Positions 36,690-43,933 of a stretch of DNA of 43,933 nt are shown here, in pieces (the first letter of the stretch is position 1; each line of letters opens with the position of its first letter). A model generated the notes under the pieces. That model was given only the letters and a program-made list of their open reading frames with translations, did not search any database and was not told the origin of the DNA. A program made the translations under genes and the position numbers. The DNA is taken from the NCBI GenBank assembly GCA_049967475.1, contig JBMFSQ010000023.1, positions 13,654 through 57,586 of the forward strand. Reading direction: 5' to 3'. Origin of the DNA: Chthonomonadales bacterium. GTDB taxonomy: Bacteria; Armatimonadota; Chthonomonadetes; Chthonomonadales; CAJBBX01.

Positions 36690-38159
36690 CTATCCGCTGC
36701 GGGCAAAGCTGGCGCCGGCCAGGGGGAGCATGGAGCGGCCAGAAAGGAACTGGTCCACGCCCCGGGCGGCCTCTCGTCCTTCGGTGATCGCCCACACGAT
36801 TAGGGACTGGCCCCTCCGCGCATCCCCGGCGGCAAAGACGCCAGGCACAGAAGTCTGGTAATCGGGCCCGGTCTTCACGTTACCGCGGGCATCGTAGGCT
36901 ACGCCCAGGTCATCCAATAGGCCATGATGCTGGGGATGCAGAAATCCCAAGGCCAAAAGCACCAGGTCTACTTCGATCTCGAATTCGGTCCCCGGCACCG
37001 GGTTCATGGGGCGCCGGCCGCTGGGATCCGGGGGCCCGAATTCCACGCGCACTGCGTGCAGCTTGGTTACGTGACCATTCTCGCCGCTAAAGTGCGTGGT
37101 GTTGATGCACCAGTCCCTGCTGCCACCCTCTTCATGGGCGTGGCTGGTGGTGAGAGTAAAGGGCCACTCCGGCCATGGATGCTCCCGCGTACGATGGGCG
37201 GGGGGCTTTGGAAGCAGTTCGAATTGATAGACCTCCCGTGCTCCTTGGCGATGGCATGTGCCTAGGCAGTCCGATCCGGTGTCACCCCCGCCCAGAATTA
37301 CCACGCGCTTGCCGCGGGCGGAGATGCGATGGGCCGGTGGGATGGTGTCTCCGGCGTTGATGCGGTTCTGCTGGGTAAGGAATTCCATGGCGAAATGGAT
37401 GCCTTTTAGCTCCCTGCCTGGAACTTTGAGATCTCGCGGCACGGTGGATCCGGCGGTAACCAACACGGCGTCGAAGCCGGCACGCAATTCCTCGGCTGTA
37501 ATGTCCTTCCCCACGTTCACCCCTGTTCGGAAGAGGACGCCCTCTTCTTCCATCTGTTTCAACCGCCGGTCCAGCACCCACTTTTCCATCTTGAAATCCG
37601 GGATGCCGTATCGAAGAAGGCCGCCGATGCGGTCCGCGCGTTCATACACGGTAACGGTATGTCCGGCGCGATTGAGCTGTTGCGCAGCCGCCAGCCCGGC
37701 CGGTCCCGATCCCACGACGGCGACCGTCTTGCCGGTGCGCACTTCGGGGGGTTCCGGATGGATGAGGCCCATTTCCCACGCCCGATCAACGATGTTCTGT
37801 TCGATCTGTTTGATGGTCACCGGGTCCTGGTTGATGCCCAGGACGCAGGCTGTTTCACAGGGTGCAGGGCAAAGCCTCCCGGTGAATTCCGGGAAGTTGT
37901 TGGTGGCGTGCAGCCGTTCGATGGCGTCGCGCCAGCGGCCCCGATAGACCAGGTCGTTCCAATCGGGGATGATGTTGCCGAGGGGGCATCCCGAGTGGCA
38001 GAATGGAACGCCGCAATCCATGCATCGGGCGGCCTGCGTGCGGAGTTTCTCCACGGGGAATTCGTGGTAGAGTTCTTTCCAGTCATTGATGCGCTCGTGT
38101 ATGGGCCGCCTGCGGGCCGTTTCGCGCATATATTTGAGAAAACCCCTTGGGTCCGCCAT
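36690..38159 (-). CDS. gltD: Glutamate synthase small (beta) subunit
   Basis: Motifs [43 protein letters not shown] and [19 protein letters not shown]. Confidence 0.97.
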   Translation of the reverse strand: MADPRGFLKYMRETARRRPIHERINDWKELYHEFPVEKLRTQAARCMDCGVPFCHSGCPLGNIIPDWNDLVYRGRWRDAIERLHATNNFPEFTGRLCPAPCETACVLGINQDPVTIKQIEQNIVDRAWEMGLIHPEPPEVRTGKTVAVVGSGPAGLAAAQQLNRAGHTVTVYERADRIGGLLRYGIPDFKMEKWVLDRRLKQMEEEGVLFRTGVNVGKDITAEELRAGFDAVLVTAGSTVPRDLKVPGRELKGIHFAMEFLTQQNRINAGDTIPPAHRISARGKRVVILGGGDTGSDCLGTCHRQGAREVYQFELLPKPPAHRTREHPWPEWPFTLTTSHAHEEGGSRDWCINTTHFSGENGHVTKLHAVRVEFGPPDPSGRRPMNPVPGTEFEIEVDLVLLALGFLHPQHHGLLDDLGVAYDARGNVKTGPDYQTSVPGVFAAGDARRGQSLIVWAITEGREAARGVDQFLSGRSMLPLAGASFARSG

Positions 38160-38189
38160 TCCAACGATCTCCTTGGCAGGTTGGCCGTG

Positions 38190-41100
38190 TTACCCGGGCT
38201 GTTGCGCCGCAACGGCGCCGGAGCCTTCCCCTTCCGCTTCTTGGGCGAGCTCGGCCAAAAGGCGCTTGTATTCCTGAGAGATCACCTTGACGAAGCGCGG
38301 CTGCATTTCCGGCCAGTGTTCCAGCACCTCGGCGGCGCGGCGGCTGCCCGTGTAATCCCGATGGCGGGCGATGAGCTCCTTTACAATCGCTACATCTTCC
38401 TCATCGGTAAGCGGCTCGAGCAAGATGCTGCCGTGGCCGCGGTTTACGCGCGTGAAGAAGCGGCCGTCCCAATCCAGTACGAAGGCTGTTCCTCCGCTCA
38501 TACCTGCTGCAAAGTTGCGCCCGGTGGTGCCCAACACCACTACAACGCCGCCGGTCATATACTCGCAGCCGTGATCCCCTGTACCTTCCACCACTGCGCG
38601 GGCGCCGCTGTTTCTTACGGCGAAGCGCTCGCCTACTACGCCGCGCAGGTAGACTTCCCCGCTTGTAGCGCCGTAGAGGAGGGTGTTTCCTGCGATGATG
38701 TTCTCATGGGGCTCGAAGGTGGCGCCGCGGGGAGGATAGGCGATGATCTTTCCACCGGATAGGCCTTTGCCCAGGTAATCGTTGGCGTCCCCTTCCAGAA
38801 TGAGGGTGATGCCGTGGGCCAGGAAGGCGCCGAAGCTTTGTCCCGCAGACCCCGTGAAGTGGATGCGGATCGTGTCGTCGGGGAGCCCCTCCTCGCCGAA
38901 GCGCTTTGCCACTTCGCCGCTGAGCATGGTGCCTACCGTGCGGTTGGAGTTACGGATGGGCAGGTGCAGTTCCACGCTCCCTCGGCCTTCCAGGGCTGGA
39001 GCGCATTCATCTATGATGTGGTAATCAATGGCTTCCGATAGGCCGTGATCCTGGGGCTGCACACACCGGGTTGCGACCGTGGCGGGCACGCTGGGCTTTT
39101 CCAGCAGAACACTCACATCCACGCCGCGGGCCTTCCAATGATCTACGGCGTCGCGCACGTCCAGCATATCCACACGACCGATCATCTCGTCGAAGGTGCG
39201 GAAGCCCAACTGGGCCATGATCTCGCGCACCTCTTCGGCAACGAAGAAGAAGTAATTCACAACGTGTTCCGGCTTGCCTGCAAAACGCTTGCGCAGCACC
39301 GGATCTTGGGTGGCGATGCCCACCGGGCAGGTATTGAGGTGGCATACCCGCATCATGATGCAGCCCAGCGCCACGAGGGGAGCGCTGGAGAAGCCGAACT
39401 CCTCGGCGCCCAGCAGTGCGGCGATCACCACATCGCGCCCTGTCTTGAGCTGCCCATCCGTCTGAACCCGGATGCGTCCTCGCAGGTCATTCTTTACAAG
39501 GACCTGCTGGGTTTCCGCCAACCCCAGCTCCCAGGGGATGCCGGCATGCTTGATGGAGGAAAGGGGTGAGGCGCCGGTACCGCCCTCGGTGCCGCTGATG
39601 AGCACATGGTCGGCATGGGCTTTGGCCACGCCTGCCGCAACGGTTCCTACTCCCACCTCGGCTACGAGCTTTACAGAGATGCGCGCATTGGGGTTGGCAT
39701 TCTTCAGATCGAAGATAAGCTGCGCCAGATCCTCTATGGAATAGATGTCATGGTGGGGCGGCGGCGAGATGAGAGTAACGCCGGGGGTGGTGTGGCGCAC
39801 TTTGGCGATGTACTTATCCACCTTTCGGCCGGGAAGTTCGCCGCCTTCACCGGGCTTGGCACCTTGGGCCATTTTGATTTGGAGCTCGTCGGCGTTTACG
39901 AGATAGTGAACGGTAACGCCGAAGCGCCCTGAAGCCACCTGTTTGATGGCGCTGCGGCGGGAGTCGCCGTTGGGTTCCGGCTTGTAGCGCACGGGATCTT
40001 CGCCGCCTTCGCCCGTATTGCTCTTGGCTCCCAAACGGTTCATGGCGATGGCCAGAGTTTCATGGGCCTCACGGCTTATGGACCCCAGGGACATAGCCCC
40101 CGTCACAAAGCGCTTTACGATCTCGGTGGCAGGTTCCACCTCTTCCAGGGGAATGGGTTCTGCCGGCTTGAATTTGAAAAGGCCCCGCAGGGTGGCGAGC
40201 TGCTTGTTTTGGCGGTTCACCTTCTCGCTGAATTCGCGGTAGGTGGCATAGCTTTCGTTTTGCACTGCGTGCTGAAGCGCCGCGATGGTATCCGGATTGA
40301 GCTGATGGAATTCCCCTCCTCGCCGCCACTGGTAGATGCCTCCCGGATCCAATTCCAGATTGCCTGGAACCTTTACCGGAGGGTAGGCGAACTCGTGCCG
40401 GGCAATCGCCTCTTGGGCGATCACATCGAGCTTCACCCCGCTGATGCGTGAGGCAGTGTGGGTAAAGTATTTCTCGATCACCTCTTCGTGCAGGCCGATC
40501 GCCTCGAAGATCTGGGCGCCCCGATAACTCTGGATGGTGGAAATGCCCATCTTTGCCATCGTTTTGAGGATGCCCTTGCTGATGGCCTTGAAGAAGCGCT
40601 TGTGGGCTTCCTCTACGGTGAGCTCATCGGGTAGCAACCCCTGGCGCTTCATGTCGGCGAGGGTCTCAAATGCCAGGTAGGGGTTCACTGCGCTGGCGCC
40701 GTAGCCCACGAGCAGGCAGAAATGGTGCACCTCCCTGGGCTCGCCGCTCTCCACTACCAAGGCCACGTAGGTGCGAGTGCCCTCCCGGATAAGGTGGTGG
40801 TGCACCGCCGACACGGCCAGGAGCGCGGGTATCGGGCAGTGTTCGCGGTCCACTCCACGATCGGACAGGATCAAGACGCCCACATGCTCCTGGAGGGCCT
40901 GGCTTGCTTGGCGGCATAGCCGGTCCAGGGCAATCTCCATGCCTGCGGCCCCTTCCCTAGGGTCGAAGAGGGTGGAGAGGGTACGAGCTTGGAATTCGCC
41001 CGTGGCTACGTTGCGCAGCTTCTCCAACTCTTCGTTGGTAAGGATCGGGGACTCCAGCTTGATTTGATGGCAGTGCTTCGCCTCTTCGGTAAGGAGGTTG

Positions 41101-42821
41101 CCGCTCGGCCCGATGTAGTGCGTTGTAGACATCACGAGCTCTTCGCGGATGGGGTCAATGGGCGGATTGGTAACCTGAGCGAAGAGCTGCTTGAAATAGT
41201 TGTACAGAAGTTGCGGCCGGTCGGAAAGCACGGCAAGAGGCGTGTCGTTGCCCATGGAACCCAACGGCTGCTCGGCATTGACAGCCATGGGACCCAGGAT
41301 GAATTTCAGATCCTCCAGCGTGTAGCCGAAGGCCTTTTGCCTTTCGAGGATGGAGGCGTGGTCAGGAGCGCGATGGTTCTGTGACGGCGGCAGGTCCGCA
41401 AGGTCAATCTTGTTCTGATCCAGCCATTGGCGGTAGGGGCTCTGATGCACGATGCGGTCCTTCAGTTCGGCATCCTCTATGATGCGGCCGTCCACGGTGT
41501 CCACGAGAAACAGCTTGCCGGGCTGGAGGCGCCATTTGTGGGCCACCCGATCCGGTGGGATATCCAGGACGCCTGCCTCAGACGCCATCACGACGAAGCC
41601 GTCCTTGGTAACCAGGGTTCGGGCAGGGCGCAGGCCGTTGCGGTCCAGTACCGCACCGATGAGGCGCCCGTCGGTGAATGCAATGGCAGCGGGACCGTCC
41701 CATGGCTCCATGATGCACGCATGGTATTCATAGAAGGCCCGGCGGTCCGCATCCATATATTCATCTCCGGACCATGCCTCGGGGATGAGCATCATCATGG
41801 CGTGGGGCAGGGATCTTCCGCCGCGCACGAGCAGCTCGATGGCGTTGTCAATGGTAGCCGAGTCGCTCCCCGTCTCCGTTACGAGGGGGACGAGTTTGTG
41901 CACATCGTCCCCGAAGAGCGCGGATTGAAGCCGCGCCTGGCGGGCCCGCATCCAGTTCCGGTTGCCGCGGAGCGTGTTGATCTCGCCATTATGGGCGATC
42001 ATACGATACGGGTGGGCCAGGTCCCATGTGGGGAACGTATTGGTGCTGAAGCGCTGGTGCACCAGAGCAAGAGCGGTGACCATTTCAGGGTCCGCGAGGT
42101 CGCGGTAGAAGCCCGCAATCTGATGGGCCATGAGAAGGCCTTTGTAGATGACTGTTCGGCAGGAGAGGCTGCAGATATAGAAGTAGGATGCGTGCTGCAG
42201 CTTGCGCGATGCCACCGTCTTCTCGATGACCTTGCGGATCACGAAGAGTTTGCGCTCAAAAGCCTCCTCGATGCCTGCACCGGTCCAATGGCTGGGGATG
42301 CCTTTGCCCGCGAGGCCCACGATCGCCGGATCTACCACCCTGAGGTTCGCATCCACCCGGCCGATGAAGAACTGCCGGATTACGGGCTCCACTTCCCGGG
42401 ACTTGCTCCCGATGCGCCGATTGTCTACGGGAACGTCGCGCCATCCCAAAAAGGCCATGCCCTCATCCTGCACCACCTTGCGGATGATCGCTTCACAAAT
42501 CAGGCGTTCTGTGCGGTCCTGGGGAAGGAAAACCATTCCCACCCCGTACCGCCCCGGTTCGGGCAGTTCGAAGTCAGACGACACTTCGCGCTGGAAGAAG
42601 GCATGAGGGATCTGCAGGAGGATGCCGGCTCCGTCTCCTGTTTCCGGATCGCATCCGCATGCGCCGCGATGGGCGAGGTTCACGAGCACTTGGAGGCCGT
42701 GCTCAATAACGGCGTGGGATTTACGGCCCTGAATGTTGACCACAAATCCGACGCCGCAGGCGTCGTGCTCGTATTGCGGATCGTAAAGGCCCTCTTTGGC
42801 GGGCAGTCCTGCGTTGCTCAT
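38190..42821 (-). CDS. gltB: Glutamate synthase large (alpha) subunit
   Basis: Motifs [54 protein letters not shown] and CHLNTCPVG. Start is 42821 or 42836. Confidence 0.98.
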   Translation of the reverse strand: MSNAGLPAKEGLYDPQYEHDACGVGFVVNIQGRKSHAVIEHGLQVLVNLAHRGACGCDPETGDGAGILLQIPHAFFQREVSSDFELPEPGRYGVGMVFLPQDRTERLICEAIIRKVVQDEGMAFLGWRDVPVDNRRIGSKSREVEPVIRQFFIGRVDANLRVVDPAIVGLAGKGIPSHWTGAGIEEAFERKLFVIRKVIEKTVASRKLQHASYFYICSLSCRTVIYKGLLMAHQIAGFYRDLADPEMVTALALVHQRFSTNTFPTWDLAHPYRMIAHNGEINTLRGNRNWMRARQARLQSALFGDDVHKLVPLVTETGSDSATIDNAIELLVRGGRSLPHAMMMLIPEAWSGDEYMDADRRAFYEYHACIMEPWDGPAAIAFTDGRLIGAVLDRNGLRPARTLVTKDGFVVMASEAGVLDIPPDRVAHKWRLQPGKLFLVDTVDGRIIEDAELKDRIVHQSPYRQWLDQNKIDLADLPPSQNHRAPDHASILERQKAFGYTLEDLKFILGPMAVNAEQPLGSMGNDTPLAVLSDRPQLLYNYFKQLFAQVTNPPIDPIREELVMSTTHYIGPSGNLLTEEAKHCHQIKLESPILTNEELEKLRNVATGEFQARTLSTLFDPREGAAGMEIALDRLCRQASQALQEHVGVLILSDRGVDREHCPIPALLAVSAVHHHLIREGTRTYVALVVESGEPREVHHFCLLVGYGASAVNPYLAFETLADMKRQGLLPDELTVEEAHKRFFKAISKGILKTMAKMGISTIQSYRGAQIFEAIGLHEEVIEKYFTHTASRISGVKLDVIAQEAIARHEFAYPPVKVPGNLELDPGGIYQWRRGGEFHQLNPDTIAALQHAVQNESYATYREFSEKVNRQNKQLATLRGLFKFKPAEPIPLEEVEPATEIVKRFVTGAMSLGSISREAHETLAIAMNRLGAKSNTGEGGEDPVRYKPEPNGDSRRSAIKQVASGRFGVTVHYLVNADELQIKMAQGAKPGEGGELPGRKVDKYIAKVRHTTPGVTLISPPPHHDIYSIEDLAQLIFDLKNANPNARISVKLVAEVGVGTVAAGVAKAHADHVLISGTEGGTGASPLSSIKHAGIPWELGLAETQQVLVKNDLRGRIRVQTDGQLKTGRDVVIAALLGAEEFGFSSAPLVALGCIMMRVCHLNTCPVGIATQDPVLRKRFAGKPEHVVNYFFFVAEEVREIMAQLGFRTFDEMIGRVDMLDVRDAVDHWKARGVDVSVLLEKPSVPATVATRCVQPQDHGLSEAIDYHIIDECAPALEGRGSVELHLPIRNSNRTVGTMLSGEVAKRFGEEGLPDDTIRIHFTGSAGQSFGAFLAHGITLILEGDANDYLGKGLSGGKIIAYPPRGATFEPHENIIAGNTLLYGATSGEVYLRGVVGERFAVRNSGARAVVEGTGDHGCEYMTGGVVVVLGTTGRNFAAGMSGGTAFVLDWDGRFFTRVNRGHGSILLEPLTDEEDVAIVKELIARHRDYTGSRRAAEVLEHWPEMQPRFVKVISQEYKRLLAELAQEAEGEGSGAVAAQQPG

Positions 42822-42872
42822 ACCGATCGTTCCCATCTCTTGGCGGCGTGTGGAAGGCACGTCCACAAGAAT

Positions 42873-42972
42873 GGTTCCAAAGACACTTCCGCCCGTGTTC
42901 CATGCACTGAGGGCCGGCGCGCACTCCACATGCGCGTACCCTTGCGCAAAGGACACGGGCGTCTTTGGAACC
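42873..42972 (-). promoter_or_regulatory. Long stem-loop in the gltB 5' leader (candidate cis-regulatory RNA)
   Basis: Perfect 12-bp outer stem GGTTCCAAAGAC/GTCTTTGGAACC, with nested stems GCCCGTGT-CC/GGAACACGGGC, AGGG/CCCT and CGCGCA/TGCGCG. Confidence 0.65.
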
Positions 42973-42991
42973 GTGCTGTCAGGTATCGTTT

Positions 42992-43021
42992 ATAATAGCA
43001 TCCGGCGCCCGAGCGGGTCAA
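42992..43021 (-). promoter_or_regulatory. Sigma70-type promoter for gltBD
   Basis: TTGACC-N18-TATTAT with extended -10 TG on the minus strand. Confidence 0.6.
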
Positions 43022-43038
43022 GGGCCGGTGGGTGCGTA

Positions 43039-43067
43039 TTGAAGCATTGCGCTGGGGCGTGTACAAT
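43039..43067 (+). promoter_or_regulatory. Sigma70-type promoter for the GNAT gene
   Basis: TTGAAG-N17-TACAAT, 11 nt before ATG 43079. Confidence 0.6.
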
Positions 43068-43078
43068 AAGGTACCGCA

Positions 43079-43600
43079 ATGAAGAACGTGATGCACCCGA
43101 AGCCGATATTGCCGCACGCCGATGCGCCCGTCGGCGTCATCCGCAAGGCTGTCACCGGCGATGTGGTGGCGATCCAACATCTCGTCAACGGCTTCGCCGA
43201 ACGCGGCCTCATGCTCCACCGCAGCCTGAGCGAGCTTTACGAGAACCTGCGGGATTTCCACGTAGTGGTCGAGAACGAGACCGTGGTGGGGTGCGCCGCT
43301 CTGCACGTTACGTGGAAGGATCTGGCCGAACTCAAGTCCTTGGCGGTGGCCGAGAACTGCCAGGGCCGAGGATACGGCCGGAGCTTGATCCTTGCGTGCA
43401 TGCAAGAGGCCGGGGATCTGGGTGTGGCCCGCGTATTTGCCCTCACCTACGTCCCTCACCTTTTCGAAAAGATGGGATGGGCTCGGCAGGACAAGGCTTC
43501 CCTCCCGCGGAAGGTATGGACAGAGTGCATCCATTGCCCCAAGTTCCCGGATTGCGGGGAAATCGCTGTGATTTATGAGGTGCCCGGCTCAGGAGGCTAG
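43079..43600 (+). CDS. argA: GNAT acetyltransferase, short ArgA-type N-acetylglutamate synthase
   Basis: MLHRSLSELYENLRDF, LAELKSLAV, QGRGYGRSL, RVFALTY and LPRKVWTECIHCPKFPDC are typical of stand-alone ArgA. Confidence 0.8.
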   Translation: MKNVMHPKPILPHADAPVGVIRKAVTGDVVAIQHLVNGFAERGLMLHRSLSELYENLRDFHVVVENETVVGCAALHVTWKDLAELKSLAVAENCQGRGYGRSLILACMQEAGDLGVARVFALTYVPHLFEKMGWARQDKASLPRKVWTECIHCPKFPDCGEIAVIYEVPGSGG

Positions 43601-43703
43601 GTGTTCGGCGCCCACCCCATCAGGCTCGACACCTACTCAACCCGGTGGCGCGACCGGCGGGTACCGTTCTCCTAACCCCCCTCTTCACGGTAGTAAGCGG
43701 AGG

Positions 43704-43827
43704 TCCCAAGACGCCCCATGAGCAGCGGGCTGTGCAGCTCGCCATCGCCAAGGCGATCCAGCCGTGGCTCGCCGCGCGCCGGCCAAAGAACCTCAAGATC
43801 GAGGAAAGCGACAAGCCGGCCAGATGA
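43704..43827 (+). pseudogene. Possible 3' fragment of a decayed gene
   Basis: About 35 codons, mostly ending in G/C (EQRAVQLAIAKAIQPWLAARRPKNLKIEESDKPAR-stop), with no convincing start or SD in frame. Confidence 0.3.
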
Positions 43828-43904
43828 TTTTTCAGGCGCCGGATCCTCTTTCTGATCAACGCTCACGGGTCCCGCATCCACCCAGACACTACGCAAAGGA
43901 CTCC

Positions 43905-43933
43905 GTCCCCCCGTGTACGGGGGGACCACAGGG
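43905..43933. repeat. REP-like palindrome at the window end
   Basis: GTCCCCCCGT-GT-ACGGGGGGAC, a 10-bp inverted repeat followed by CACAGGG and cut by the edge. Confidence 0.6.

Noticed and set aside
42837..42956. Extended GltB N terminus from the ORF track
   Set aside because: It runs through the leader hairpin; homology to GltB starts near GLYDP and an SD precedes 42821.

Overview
GC-rich bacterial chromosomal segment. I infer Armatimonadota or a similar lineage, mainly from the prepilin-N-methyl/H-X9-DG (DUF1559-like) gene and the many secreted carbohydrate-enzyme-like proteins; this is not proven. Recognisable housekeeping genes are tRNA-Lys(CTT), lysA, a site-2 protease with trpS, recN, an RRM protein, gltB-gltD and a short ArgA-type acetyltransferase. 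Accessory content includes a DprE1/DprE2-like pair, a DUF2079 GT-C protein, an ECF sigma factor, an orphan REC-ANTAR regulator and a signal-peptide-bearing rubrerythrin. The best leads are: (1) a five-gene ABC-2-type operon whose two permeases are fused to a TPR domain and a CxxC-less thioredoxin domain, with two membrane-anchored beta-propeller-like proteins (24872-30997); (2) a 38-bp direct repeat bracketing a two-gene surface-glycosylation islet beside tRNA-Lys (4130-8654); (3) a ~100-nt hairpin with an alternative ANTAR-like fold in the gltB 5' leader; (4) a possible transposase-less IS110/IS1111-type remnant at the left edge. No CRISPR array, integrase, prophage or rRNA was seen. Family assignments come from motif recognition by eye, with no database search.
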